Source of the DNA: Azolla caroliniana
Taxonomy: Eukaryota; Plantae; Polypodiophyta
Length of the DNA: 64,000 nucleotides
Direction: 5' to 3'
Assembly (NCBI GenBank): GCA_043228905.1
Contig: JBHGNT010000027.1
Coordinates: 372,001 to 436,000, forward strand
Position 1 is the first letter of the stretch, and each line of letters opens with the position of its first letter. Positions 38,310 through 51,948 of the stretch are shown here, piece by piece. The translations under genes were made by a program, and so were the position numbers. The notes below the pieces were generated by a model. It saw only the letters and a program-made list of their open reading frames with translations, did not search any database and was not told the origin of the DNA.

Positions 38310-38361
38310 ATCGAAAGCCGCCCCCTAACCAGCAGTCTCTTCCTAAGCACCAACAGCAGCA

Positions 38362-38511
38362 AGAAATAGTTTATTTACATGAGTAAGAAACTGACGTATT
38401 TCCATCGGTCGCTTCCGTTTCGTATATTAGTTATTTTGTATGCTTCGTATAGTTTTCTGTGAATTAGCATTAAAAGGTTCTTTAATAGGCATAAACAAGT
38501 CGTGTTGGCAG
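38362..38511 (+). pseudogene. rps14: rps14 3' fragment (N-terminal half not recognisable here)
   Basis: RNSLFT*VRN*RISIGRFRFVY*LFCMLRIVFCELALKGSLIGINKSCW(CAG), the S14 C-terminus after editing. Confidence 0.75.
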
Positions 38512-38717
38512 TACGCTGGTCGGCTTCACAAGCAAGCTGCGGGTCTTTTTCAATCACTAATTCTTATTTTGCCCAAAATCGTTGTCGTTGGTTCACATTT
38601 TATGGCATCGCAGAAATTGATTGTAAGGCTTTAGATTATTTCAAAGGGTGGCCTAAGGTCACCCCCCTTAAATGAGAGTCCCGCCTCTCTTCATTTAAGC
38701 GGGAAAAACGTTCTGCT

Positions 38718-38788
38718 GGCTGGGTAACATAATGGCAATGTATTGGACTGCAAATCCTGGAATGACGGTTCGACTCCGTCCCTAGCCT
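38718..38788 (+). tRNA. trnC: tRNA-Cys(GCA)
   Basis: GGCTGGGTAACATAATGG...TTGGACTGCAAATCCTG...GGTTCGACTCCG. Confidence 0.9.
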
Positions 38789-39240
38789 ATTCTTCTTCCA
38801 AGCTCTTTTGCCATTTCCGAGTGAAAAGATTGCTGCTTTAAAGTGGAAAGAAAAGTGCAAAGCATCTTCTTGCCAGTGATTCATCAAGATTGCCGCCGGC
38901 TCGGTTTAAAGTGAAAAGAAAAGTGCTGCTTTGCTTTGCTTTGCTGGATTCGCAGATTATGGCCAGAAGATGATATTGCCTTCTTGCATGATCCTTCTGA
39001 ATTTTACCAACGGAATTTCGAAATTCCAGCATTCAATTCTTTCCGCAATCTGAGCCGCATTAAAGATTATCGTATAATAATCCATGAATATTCAGGCCTT
39101 CTTGAAAGTTCAAAAGAAGAACTTTGGTTTGGTAGCCATTTATATTACACTTTTTACTTAATAACCACCTGCGAATTGATGACATCCTTGTGAGGTTGGT
39201 AGCGATCGAAGGCTAAGTACCAGCTGTATTTGCACTTTCC

Positions 39241-39277
<37 letters not shown>

Positions 39278-39339
39278 GTTCGGCGCCCGCCGCTTTTGTC
39301 GTTAGCACTCTTTTGTTCATTAATCAAGCGTTTCGTTCC

Positions 39340-39457
39340 GTCCGGGCATCTTTGTAAGACGTGAAACACCCGATCCCATTCCGACCTCGATATGTGAAAA
39401 GCGTTTTCTGCCATATGTACTGATAATTTTCGGGAGACGTGGTTCGACAGCCCGGAC
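39340..39457 (+). rRNA. rrn5: 5S rRNA, copy 2
   Basis: Copy of 8534-8651. Confidence 0.92.
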
Positions 39458-39742
39458 CCTTTCAAATCGTATATGCGATTGCCTAAAGGTCAGATGCGAA
39501 TCTGATATCAGCCAGAAACAATGAAAAGGCGTACGACAACGCAAAAAAGCAAGCTATGGATGTGAAGACAGATTAGAACGGTAAACACACAATACCAATG
39601 ATGCGTAAATCCCTGGCTGGCATGCATTATCGGAAAATCTGTTCCTCAACTCTTACGCTCGAGAGAGCTAGGGAACTTGTCAGGGAAATCTAAAGTGTTT
39701 AGTTAAACGAGACGCTAAGAAAGGAGGAAGGACGAAGCCCTT

Positions 39743-39780
<38 letters not shown>

Positions 39781-40081
39781 GCGGATTGTACAAACTTCGT
39801 ATCGCACAGCACGGAAAGAGAACTCAAGAGCGTAAAGGAAAAAACAGAGGATGCAGGGTCATTTGGTAGACGTTTTCGTCGAAACAATGAATCCTCTGTC
39901 CAAGTACTCGACCAATTCTTTCCGCGCTTCTTCCGCATTTTACAAACGTCCGAAGATTATTGTATAATAATCTATGCGGGCTTCTTTTTGTCTCGGTTTT
40001 AAGCAGTCACAGGTTGAGTGGCGATCGCAGAACACTCATTAAGATTTTGTACGGTGTTCGGTAGGTTCAACTCCTACTGCA

Positions 40082-41090
40082 TCGAAAAGAATGCATTGGA
40101 TGGATGCCTGGGCATTGAGAGGGAAGGACGCTTCCAAAGGCGAAAGGCCATGGGGAGATACCGTCTGTGATCCATGGGTTTCCAATCGGGAAACCGTATC
40201 CAAGCTTGCCGGGCATGCCGTGTGCTGCGGCTCTGCCTCGGACTTGAGAAACTTAGCGAACTGAAACATCATTGTAGCTAAAGGAAAGGAAATCAACTGA
40301 GACTCCGTTAGTAGCGGCGAGCGAAAGCGGATTAGGCAAAGAAAAGGGAAGGGGCCCCAGCCCAGAAGGGCCGCTTTCCCTGGCCCCGTGCGGGGGAGAA
40401 CTTGCAGTAGAGGGAAGGGTGGGAACCCTTCCTCAAGGAATTCTGAAAAGGTTGGAAGATCTGGCCAAAGAAGGTGATAGCCCCGTAGATCTTTCCTGGC
40501 AAGTTTGATTACCATTACAAAACGCGGATACCGTGTTTGAATAATGATCGCTTTACGTGACTAAGGGGGACCACCCCCGCGCCTAAGTATTCCTCAATGA
40601 CCGATAGCGTACCACAAGTACCGTGAGGGAAAAGTGAAAAGACCCCGCCGTATGCCGGGAGTGCAATAGAAAACCTGAAATCCGATGCAAACTATCAGTC
40701 GGAAGAGCGAAGCTGAGAAAATGCGGCAAAGCCACTAATGTTCGATGGAACGCATACGCGAAGCTGAGAAAGCGCTGTAGCTTTCGGAGGCAAAGCCACT
40801 AATGTTCGCATACGCGAACCCTTGAGCGAAGCTTCGCGTTGTCGGCTCTCGCTTTAGCACTTTCCACCCTAACGGCGTACCTTTTGCATAATGGGTCAGC
40901 GAGTGAATGGGAACAGCGGCTTAAGCCATTAGGTGTAGGCGCAACGAGGTTGAATCTTCGGCGTTGTTTCTATTTGACCCGAAACCGATTGATCTAGCCA
41001 CGAGCAGGTTGAATCGAGCTCTCCACAGAGGCCTTGGAGGACCGAACTCACGTATGTGGCAAAATACGGGGATGACTCGTGGCTAGGGGT
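40082..41090 (+). rRNA. rrn26: 26S rRNA 5' exon, copy 2
   Basis: Copy of 9276-10284. Confidence 0.92.
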
Positions 41091-41676
41091 GAATCAAAGA
41101 GCTACGACTCCGCCGTTCCTTTGTTGAAGTCCGAAGGACCACAAGAAGAGGGAAAAGGAGTCCTCCTCTGGCCTTTCGCCCCACAAGCGTGCGAACGCTT
41201 TTTCAATAACTGGCTCATAACGGTGAAACCAGCTTACCCTTTGAGAGTAATGGCCACACCGTGGGAAGTCGTGAAAGCTTCTCTCCCTTTATTGCGGTCG
41301 AGTGCCCCAGCAAGCAAGCAAGCAAGCAAGCAAGCACGCCCTCAACGACGAGGAATAAAGCGGGTCAGGCCCCAAGATGAAAGCAGGTCAAGTTTGGTAG
41401 GCGGTTAGCTAACGCCAACCCGGGTTCAGCAAGCAAGCAAGCAAGCAAGAATGCGCCAGGATAGGTGCCCCGGGACCAACACTTAAACAGTCCAGGGTCC
41501 CACCACCAAAAGGTCTTGTTCCCACTGTCCTCGTTGCTTTATCTCGTATTCCAGAACCACCTTGTTCTTAGGGAATCTCTCTCGTAGCTACGAGCTAGCT
41601 CATTGACCCCGTAACGACTGATTCGAAAGATGAGAGCATGATTGTTAATGCCAACACGCCGGTTCTCACTCCCTTC
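41091..41676 (+). other. 5' half of the rrnL group I intron, copy 2
   Basis: Copy of 10285-10870. Confidence 0.8.
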
Positions 41677-42358
41677 GGCCGAATCCATCTCGAACCAAAG
41701 GTTGGTTCTCCGGCCATATGCACCAGTGTATCGAGAGCTGCTGCTTTTCAGCGAAGAAAAAAACTAAACTTTAGACGGGCTTCGTGATGTTTATGCTTTT
41801 TCATTGGAGCATCTATGAACATGTGAACACTGCTGCTGGCCCGACTGAAATTCACTTACGTAACCTTCTAGCCGAGGTCAATTTTGTCACTGAGATTGTT
41901 GTTCTAGCTAGGCCTTCTTGCTCTCTGGAGCCAAGTGAAGCGCAGTGATCATTGGAATGCAAGGCCATGAACATGACGTAAGGGAAGGCCGAATCCATCT
42001 CGAACCAAAGGTTGGTTCTCCGGCCATATGCACCGGTTCATCGTAACCGTTCGAGAGCGAAAAAAAAAACTAAACGCAGAAGCTAGACAATTGCGTAGCG
42101 GCCCAACAAGAAAAGAAAAGAAGCGGATTGACGTGGCCGCAGTCATTCGACCTCCCCATGCTATCTGAGTGGATGCACCTCACCCTTCCACTGGCTATGC
42201 GGGGACTGGACCAATGTGATCTCGCCTTGACGTTGGCGGTCCGGCTTATGGAGAAGAGACCAACTGTGGTGTGGCCTTCTCCAACCAAGAGTCACACCAA
42301 AATTCAAATATTGCACATGAATTCATCAACCTGCCTCGTATGGCAGAAATTGACCAAA

Positions 42359-42529
42359 AAACCGAGTTTGATCCTGGCTCAGAATGAACGCTAGCGATAT
42401 GCTTAACACATGCAAGTCGAACGTTGTTTTCGTCTATAGAACAGTTGAAGACAAAGTGGCGAACGGGTGCGTAACGCGTGGGAATCTGCCAAACAGTTTG
42501 GGCCGAATCCCAAAGAAACGAAAGCAGCT

Positions 42530-42565
<36 letters not shown>

Positions 42566-42673
42566 GCTTTTCGATAAAGCTAAAAAGCGCTGTTTGATGA
42601 GCCTGCGTAGTATTAGGTAGTTGGTTGGGTAAAGGCTGACCAAGCCGCAGATGCTTAGCTGATCTTTTCGGAC

Positions 42674-42711
<38 letters not shown>

Positions 42712-42867
42712 GTAGGGAGGCAGCAGTGGGGAATATCGGACAATGGGCGAAAGCCCGATCCAGCAATATCGCGTGAGTGAGTGAAAAACGTCGCGTTAGC
42801 GAGGAAGGGCAATGCCGCTTGTAAAGCTCTTTCGTCGAGTACGCGATTATGACAAGACTCGAAGAAG

Positions 42868-42903
<36 letters not shown>

Positions 42904-43143
42904 GACGGGGGGGGCAAGTGTTATTCGGAATGACTGGGCGTAAAGGGCACGTAGGCAGTGAATCAGGTTGAAAGTCAAAGGCGCCAGCTCAACTGGCGGA
43001 ATGCTTTCAAAACCAATTTACTCGAGTGGGACAGAGGGGAGTGGAATTTCGTGTGTAGGGATAAAATCCGGAGATATACGAAGGAACGCCGAAGTAGCGA
43101 AGGCAGCTTTCTGGGTCTCTACTGACGCTGAGGTGCGAAAGCT

Positions 43144-43179
<36 letters not shown>

Positions 43180-43299
43180 TGCCGTAAACGATGAGTGTTC
43201 GTCCTTGGTCCGCGGATCGGGGGCCCAGCTAACGCGTTAAACACTCCGCCTGGGGAGTACGGTCGCAAGACTGAAACTCAAAGGAATTGACGGGGGCCT

Positions 43300-43332
<33 letters not shown>

Positions 43333-43439
43333 ACAACGCGCAAAACCTTACCAGCCCTTGACATATGAACACTTGACGTATGAACACTTGACATATGAAC
43401 CGGTGTGCTTGTCCTTAACGGGATGAAACGAAAATTCAT

Positions 43440-43478
<39 letters not shown>

Positions 43479-43914
43479 CGTTTTTGGTTAACTCCTATAA
43501 CGAGCGAAACCCTCGTTTTGTGTTGCTAAGATATGCTGCTCCCAGAGGATCAATGTCATCATTCACCCTCGGCAAGCAGGAACATAGAACATGGGCTGGC
43601 TTCCGACGAACTTGAGGTTCCGACGAGCGAGCCGGTGGTAAGTGAGCCGCTTCATCGGTACCTGCCCATGAATCTGTGTTCAGTCAGCGGTTAGCCAGGA
43701 TTGATGACACTCCCTCTGTGCCGATGTTGCACTCACAAGAGACTGCCCGTAGTTCTACTATGGAGGAAGGTGAGGATGACGTCAAGTCCGCATGGCCCTT
43801 ATGGGCTGGGCTACACACGTGCTACAATGGCAATTACAATAGGAAGCAGGGCCGTAAGGCGGAGCGAATCCAGAAAGATTGCCTCAGTTCGGATTGTTCT
43901 CTGCAACTCGAGAA

Positions 43915-43964
<50 letters not shown>

Positions 43965-44184
43965 TGTACTCGGGCCCCGTACACACCGCCCGTCACACCC
44001 TGGGAATTGGTTTCGCCCGAAGCATCGACCAGAGATCACCCATTACTAAAGTGTTCCATGCCTAGTTGAGTGTGGCCCATTTTGGTATTGGTGGTCTTCT
44101 TGGCGCATATCACGGTTGGGTCAGTGACTGGGGTGAAGTCGTAACATGGTAGTCGTAGGGGAACCTGTGGCTGGAGGGAATCTC
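42359..44184 (+). rRNA. rrn18: 18S rRNA, copy 2
   Basis: Copy of 11553-13379. Confidence 0.96.
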
Positions 44185-44537
44185 AAAGGGAAGCGCCAGC
44201 GTCCTTTCGTTAACTGTACTGACTTGATGAAGTTAATTCCAAGTTGGGTAAATGCCGGCCCGGCCCGGCCCGGCCCGGCCCGGCCGGATGAAGCGCTATG
44301 CGCGAGGAGGAAGCGCTTCTTCATGAAGCGCATGAAGGGATTGAAACCGTAGACCAATCGCGGATGAAGCGGTTAACAGTTGAGCTACCAGCGCGGGAAG
44401 GGAAAATGTACGGTTAGTATCATATACATTCTTTGACTTTCGAGCCGCCTCATGACCTGTGAGACGTTAACTATTCAAAGACCCCAGCTGCTTGCTGCTT
44501 TCTTCGAGATTTCATGAACCTCGCTAAAGCCTAAAGC

Positions 44538-44570
<33 letters not shown>

Positions 44571-44789
44571 TGGAGTTCGAAAAACGTATAGATCGAAAGA
44601 CGACGACAAAGCGAAGGCCTTCATTGCATTGCTGCGACTTGCTTGCTGCAAGGACATAAGACTTTCTTTCTAGGCCCTTTTCCCTTCCCGAGATTGAGTG
44701 ATGAGAGATCGGGTGCCAACCAAGCGGCTTAGGCGCTAATCGATAGCTTACGCCGGCCCTCAACCATTACTGCTGGGGATGGCCCACGC

Positions 44790-44825
<36 letters not shown>

Positions 44826-44899
44826 CGAGGTGTAGCGCAGTCTGGTAGCGCATCTGTTTTGGGTACAGAGGGCCATAGGTTCGAATCCTGTCACCTCGA
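44826..44899 (+). tRNA. trnP: tRNA-Pro(UGG), copy 2
   Basis: Copy of 14021-14094. Confidence 0.94.
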
Positions 44900-45265
44900 T
44901 TATTGCCGTGTACTGGGCGGGTAACCTTTCGCTCCGTCCTTTTTCCACGTCTTTCTCTGCGCTTCTTGCGGCTTCTTGTGGCATAACTCTGTCCACGGAT
45001 CAAACAAGCATTGTAACCTGCCTGCCTGAAACTTCTCTGAAGACATGACCTTCTGAGTCATCTAGGCATTCATTTTGAAACCCGGAAATTTCGTATATAG
45101 AGTTGTGAAGACTATGCCTCCTATAGATAGTAGGAAATGGTTAACCCGAAGGTCCTAGGATTGAGAGGAGGTACTACAGATCGTAGTGCTTTAACCTCTT
45201 GCCATAAGCATCTGGCTGGGTGTAGAGTTGATTCAAGCACGTCTTCATCAGGTTTTCAAAGCCAA

Positions 45266-45337
45266 GTCCCTTTCGTCTAGTGGTTAGGACATCGTCTTTT
45301 CATGTCGAAGAAACGGGTTCGATTCCCGTAAGGGATA
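45266..45337 (+). tRNA. trnE: tRNA-Glu(UUC), copy 2
   Basis: Copy of 14461-14532. Confidence 0.93.
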
Positions 45338-45342
45338 ACTTT

Positions 45343-45378
<36 letters not shown>

Positions 45379-45929
45379 GGGAGGCTAGCAAAAGGTCCCT
45401 AGCCTCTTCGTTAGAGGGTTGAGCAAGAGGTCCACAGGACCCCAAGGTCCCGTAGTCCCCACGATGAGTGAGGGCTGGTTTCTCGTGGTTCAGAATGTAA
45501 ACATCCCCCGCTGAACCCACCGCATCGTCTCATGTGGGTGTCTTAACACTTTCTGAATTGCCGACGACAAGACAATCTGTTCGTTGATCGAAGTCTTGAG
45601 CGATTGGGGGGTTCAGTTGAAATTTTGCTTGCCGGCTGACTGACGTTCTCAACAACCAACCAACGATGGGCCAACGAACGAACGAGACCATATGCACCGC
45701 GGCATTCCCCTTCCCCGCGCGCGAGCCTTTTCATCCGGATGAACAAATTCGTCACTCAACGGCGGGCGGTCAATTCGCGTAGTTTTTATTTTGTGCACAA
45801 TCTAACTCTTGTGACCGAAAGCGTGCTCATGTCAACGAGACAAGTGCGCCGGAAGAGTCACTGGAGGAGTAGCGAAGGTGCGTGCCGGAGATCCCCCTTC
45901 GACTGATGAGAGCGAATCAAACTCTGACG

Positions 45930-45962
<33 letters not shown>

Positions 45963-46640
45963 ACCTAGGACTTGTAAGGGACGAGAGGGGAGACTTCACA
46001 TGGAGCGCCCAGGCTTACCGCCTAGAAGCCGGTTCATTATATCAGACCCGCTTCATCGGTTCCCCACAGCATATCAAAATCCTCATCGCCGGTCGACCCG
46101 CCAATCTCTTCTCTTGAGGAGAAAAAAAGGCAAGATAAACCCTCGAAAAGGAATGCAGATCCGCTTTCATCGAGTTAACCTTTCAGAAAGAGATCGGCGC
46201 TCGTCCCTTCAGTCGCAAACCGAAGCCCGCTTCACCATAGATGGTGTGAAAAAGATCGATATATCGGTCATGTAATGACCTTGACCGCTACGCTTGATTA
46301 GATACATATTTTCTGCTGAGATAGATGCTGGGATAAAGCGCAAAGCTCTTTCTCAGCTTCCGCTCCTACTCGTGCTTGCTGGGAAAGCGGCGGGCGCCAT
46401 GTTATTTGGTTGGTGAGAGGCGCTTCTTCCGCCGGCTACAGACAGAAAGATTTCGGTACTGGCCCCCTATAGTATAGTCTGGTAAGGAAATTTAGTATAT
46501 AGACGCGCCATTCGTTTAGCCAGCTTCCAGTCTCTATTCACTTTGAACTCTTCACAACTCCATCACCCTCTTATAGAGATAGGGAAAAAAGGGGGTTGCA
46601 GGGCTGGCTTCATTCGGGTCAATAATACACCCGTTCTCGT

Positions 46641-46713
46641 TTCGGATTAGCTCAGTCGGTAGAGCAGTGGACTGTTAATCCATGGGTCGCAAGTTCGAGT
46701 CTTGCATCCGGAG
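46641..46713 (+). tRNA. trnN: tRNA-Asn(GUU), chlamydial-like, copy 2
   Basis: Copy of 15836-15908. Confidence 0.92.
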
Positions 46714-47490
46714 AAAGTAACTGAAACAAACATGAGAATTGATCGACTAGAGCTTTTAAATAGGCCCGCATGAAATGAACCGGCGATAATCAAAAAAAGC
46801 CAGTCATATAGGATAAATGGTAAGTAGATTGAATGGCAGGTATTGGTGAAAAGCCAGCCGAAGAAACGACGAAGAGTTGCTTGCTCCGCTTCTTCCGTTC
46901 CGCATGAGCCGGGTATTGGTGCTTTTATAAGACGTGATGACCTTATCGATACCACAAGGATCTGGGCATGGCACCTACGAGACGACGACAAAGATGCCCG
47001 ACGGACGAAGATTCTCAATGGGATTGTTGACCAAGTGTCTCTCTCGAGAACAACAACGGTCCGCCATTTCTCAGGGATCCCCCGAACCACAGCTCGCGAA
47101 TGGTAACATAGGATAGTAACGGCCAATCAATTTACATTGCTTTGTGCTCTGTTCGGCTTTTTCATTGATTTGAAGGAGAATTCGCGGGCGGTTTAGTTTA
47201 CTTTAATCAATTAACCTGCTTCCGAGTCCAGTTCAATTATATGAACTTCCCTTCAATAAGTATACCCGAACTCAATGATCGAGAATACATGTATGTTATG
47301 CCTCGTAACAGATACGATACCACCTTCTTTACGCCTTTTTCCTTCTTTCTAAAGTGTCTTTGTTCGCAGTGTGGCGTCTTTTCTGTGTCGGCATATTCTG
47401 AGAGAGGATCCTAAGCGCATCTTTCTAACCCGCCCGAAATGGGTAAGGAAAGAAAAGGTGGGGGTTCCTAGAACAAATCCAGTGGGGACA

Positions 47491-47564
47491 GGGCCTGTAG
47501 CTCAGAGGATTAGAGCACGTGGCTACGAACCACGGTGTCGGGGGTTCAAATCCCTCCTCGCCCA
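47491..47564 (+). tRNA. trnR: tRNA-Arg(ACG), plastid-derived, copy 2
   Basis: Copy of 16686-16759. Confidence 0.93.
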
Positions 47565-47880
47565 CAATAATAATAATAGGGAGAACGAGAAGTCACCTTT
47601 CGCTTCGTGACGATTCTATCGAGAAGGACCGAAGCCTTGCTCTCGAGGCAATTATTTCAAAGACTTCGAGCGAGTGTTAAGCTGCTTGCTATTTCGCCAT
47701 GACATTTCTTAGAAGCTCCGAGCATAGGTGTACCGACGGCATTCAACATGGCCTCTATTTGTTTGATTCCTTGAACCTCTACTTGTTCGATTAGTCTATT
47801 GGAAGGGGTTAGGACGTGTAGATTAATCGATTTCTCTCTTCCCAATCGCTCAGAAAGTCAGTCAAAGCTTACTTTGAACG

Positions 47881-47963
47881 GGGAGAGTGGCCGAGTGGTT
47901 AAAAGCGACAGACTGTAAATCTGTTGAAGGTTTTCTACGCAGGTTCAAATCCTGCCTCTCCCA
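47881..47963 (+). tRNA. trnY: tRNA-Tyr(GUA), copy 2
   Basis: Copy of 17076-17158. Confidence 0.94.
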
Positions 47964-48420
47964 CCCAATAGGTTAGGTCTGAAAAAGATTTACGCTTTCA
48001 CTGTTGTTAATGGATAGCGAAACGTATATCTGATGCTTTGCCTAGGCTAGAGAACTCCGCTCGTACCCTCCTCTTCCATGGAAATGAAACGAATTGACCT
48101 TTCCACCAACCATTTTCTCCCTCAAACCAACTTTCCTAAGGAGGGCGCCACTTCGGTTCGGAGGGCTGCTTGCTTTTGGGCAAGCAACTTTGGTCGTCTT
48201 TCGGTATAGTGAATACACCCCTCTGTCCGACCCGATTAACCCTGCAAACATATTCGTGGGATAGGAGGACCCAGAAAGGGCGGGCGTCCGAGCCGGGGAT
48301 ATTAGGGAATGAATCTATCCGTGTGTCCACGGCATACAACCGCAACTAAAGCGAAAAGCAGCAGGCGGGAAAAAAGGGGGCGGACCCCCACCCCGAAGTG
48401 AAGAGATTCAATGAGACCAC

Positions 48421-48608
48421 TCGAATACATAGACAACGTGCCATTTCATGAGTGACTAGGAAAAGCAGAGAAAGGTATAAGAAGAGGAAACTAATCGACG
48501 AGAAACTAATAGCTAGTAGCAACGATTTCTCAGGATCCATTGGTTTATATAGAATCCATCTTTTAGGCGTATCGAAATACATTATTTTCACCAGGCGTAT
48601 ATAATAAA
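48421..48608 (-). CDS. nad2: nad2 exon 5, copy 2
   Basis: Copy of 17616-17803. Confidence 0.9.
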
Positions 48609-50058
48609 ATGGAGTGACCCCCAGTGTCCCAGGGTACCTAGTCCCCCTAGAACCGCGGGAGACAGTCGCCCATCATACGGCTCACCCACTCAACTTGCTT
48701 CGGATGTTAGTTCTGAATCGTTCAGGTTCAGATAACTCCGCACGCATGAACCGCCGTTGGCTTTACGAACGAAGGAGCGGAGCAAGAAAGCTATAGCGCT
48801 TTCTCAGCCAGCGATGCCCACTTCAACAGCAGATTGGTCCTTATTCTCGAGGACTTATTTTCCTCCCCCATCCGCAGGGTCTTCGGCTCTCCCCTTTCAT
48901 TCGGGGGGAGCGGGAGGGATACCGAGGGAAGGGGCGAGCCTGCTTATCCTCCCCTGTTTGATCTCCTTCAGACCACCTGCGGCCCTGTTCAAAAAGCTAT
49001 GCATCCAAAGATTCACAAGGATCGAATCCCCTGTCTGAACTCTGTCAGACGCATCCAATGGATCCAACAAAAGGGGGTTAAGCAGAGTGAATACGTAGAG
49101 TCTAATTCACCAAGGCTTTTACTATTTAGGCCCCTTCCCGGCTACCGGATCACTCAGTGCTTTCCCCTAAATGAAACCAAGACAAAGGGGTTCCTTTTAG
49201 GTAGGCGGGTACTATGGACCTTCTGCCGTCCATCGCAGAGCCCGCTATGGGAAGAGCGCAGTAAATAATCAGGAGAGGAACATTTCTATACAATTGGTAG
49301 AAAAAGAAACAGATACGTATAGATAGATGGATGTATCTATATCTATCTACCTATATATAGCAACGCCGCTTTCAATCTTTTCTTTGCGCACTCTTCCTTG
49401 CAAGCACTCCCGGAGACCTGCCAGAAAACACTGTCGCTTGGCCAGCTTCACTTCTTCTCTCGAACTTGATTAACTTGGCCAACGAACGAACGAATAAGGC
49501 CTGTAGGGCGGGCGCGAAGCGGTTTTCATCATCATGCATGAAGGCGCGCGCGCGCGCCGGTTCATCATGAAGGCCTTCATGATGAACGCCTTTTCTGCGC
49601 TTCGCCGCTTTCTAAGACGAATTGTTCCTCTTGGATGGACTTCGCCGTTATTCCCTAAGGGCTGTATTATCATATCGAGATGCCGATTTGTTCCCTGTCC
49701 CCAGCAGCAGTGATATGGGTAATCTGCTCCGTCTGTCTTCGTCCGGCTTGCGTTGTTCTGATCACCGGCAGGGGGCACTTCAGCAATCGCGCGCTGTAAC
49801 TGGCTGGGAGTCTCATCACACTGAAGGATACTTTGATTTACGGCAACTTAGGTTCATCTCGTGTAGTGATAGCGGCGGACTCATACAAGGATCTTGGGTA
49901 GGTTCATGAGATCCTAGCGGCACCCCCTCACTTGCCCTTTCGTAGATGCGTTCTCTCCATCTGTCCTGCGACGTTTTGGTAAGCTACGCGTCCGGTGCAC
50001 GACCCTGCCTGCCTGCAGGTCTCTTACACTGACTCTAGGCAACCCCTTCCGGCCGCCC

Positions 50059-50631
50059 AACGACTGATGACACTAGTAACTACCCCTATTAAAGCTAGTA
50101 AATAAGCCCCACAGCTCAGGGCGGCAAAGAACAAATGGAATTTGCTACGAAAGCCGGCTAACGGGAGTATTCCTGCGTATAGAAACATAGTAACGGACGG
50201 AGTAATAGCTGAAATAAGATTAGTTTTGGCTAAAGCGCCTGAATCCGCTATATATTTGACACAGGTTTAACGTAATGCTAAAACTGTAGCGAATACATTA
50301 ATGATCATTGATATATGAATAGAGATACCAATTAGTGGTGATTAAATTCCTTCTGTGATTCCACGTGAAAAACCGATTGAAAGATAACCTACATGTCCAA
50401 TAGAGCTATAAGCTGAAAGTCTTTTTACTTCTTTTTAGGCCATAGCGGCCAGTGCTCCTAGGATCATGAAAGCGATGCTGCAGAAAAGGAAGAGTTGTTA
50501 CCATGTTAGATCGTGGAAACTATAGGGAGAAACACATAACATATTGGCAGGAATAGATATTTTAGGTGCAATGGGAAAAAATGCTGTAACCAGAGTAGGT
50601 AAACCCTCGTATACATCAGGTGCCCACACAT
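50059..50631 (-). CDS. nad2: nad2 exon 4, copy 2
   Basis: Copy of 19254-19826. Confidence 0.92.
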
Positions 50632-51781
50632 ATAGGGTCGAAAGTAAATCATTAACCGAGCCGTGCAGCAAAGAAAGCTGTCGTTCACTCGCTGTTTGCC
50701 TAGCGAAGAGTTCAGAGAATTCCCGAATGACCTACTACAGTGCTCCCCGAACCGTACGTGATAGTCGCCCATCATACGGCTCTCTAACCCTACAACACTT
50801 GGATTAGATATACCCGAGAGTCCGCCGCCGCTTTCAGCCATTCCACACGCTGTCGGATAAGGTCACCGGGAATTAATTCGGCAGTGGATTTTGGACGGAT
50901 AAAACCTGCTCAGTAAAAGCAGGTATTAGATAGATAGACCCCTTCCTTTCCGTTGTTGCCAGTGCTTTCTCAGGCCGAGAAGAGAACAAGGCGCTTTCTT
51001 TGGTTTTCTCCGCCGCAGGTGAAGATGGCGTACTACCATCCGGCAGGTTTCCTTGAAAGAATGAAATTTGTTAGTTCGCTCCGCGAGCAAAGGCCAAAGG
51101 CTTTGTTCGGGGTCAAAGACCCGCGCGGCGCGCTCCTGGTTATCCCTTTCCTGAACGGAATGAGGTGAAGGAGCGTTTGCTGTGCCCCACTTCCCCGCCT
51201 TCAGGCAGGTTTTCGAGCCGCTCTTCTTGCCGGCTTGTAACATAAAGGCCGAAGTGGCACGCACGGAATGCGGCAGTGGGTACTAAAGGTCCTATGACTT
51301 CCAGCCGGGGATCTAGCTCACCGTTGGATCTCGCCGATACAGCCTATGGTTTTGGTGTCTCGGGATATCGTTTCGTTAATTGTCCCCAAGCCAAGCAAGG
51401 GGTTGAGTTGAGTAATCGGCTTTCATGCAGCTGTTTCCAGCTCCTCCAATCTAGACCTTGTCGCTGCTTAATCTCGACAGGCAGGAAGCACACCAACGCG
51501 TTTCCACTGTGCTTGCTTGTGGCACAGGTTAACCAGGTGGCCAGTTGACTGGAACTTCGATTCGCCAGGCGGGCGGGCTTCTCTCGTGTGACACTATAGA
51601 AGAGTTCGCGCGGTGCCCTTCACCTCCTAGCCCCCAACCGCGCTTTTGTAACATGCTATAGTCTCACGCTCTTACGAGGTAGTGATGGGTTCCACGCTCC
51701 AGCAGCATAACATAAGGCGCCCCGATAGTACTGAGATTGGCCGCAATCTGCCGGTACCCACAGGCCGTCTTACGGCCGCTC

Positions 51782-51948
51782 GAAAAGAAACTGCAGTAAT
51801 CTTGGATAAGAAACCTACAGCAATGAATGGGATCCCCATAAAGATACCACTAGATTGAGCACTGAGCAAAGTGATTTCATATCCAGTGAAAGTCTTGGCT
51901 GATTCTTCAAAGTTAGTGATTCCAGTAGACCCATAGATCATAGAACAA
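51782..51948 (-). CDS. nad2: nad2 exon 3, copy 2
   Basis: Copy of 20977-21143. Confidence 0.92.
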
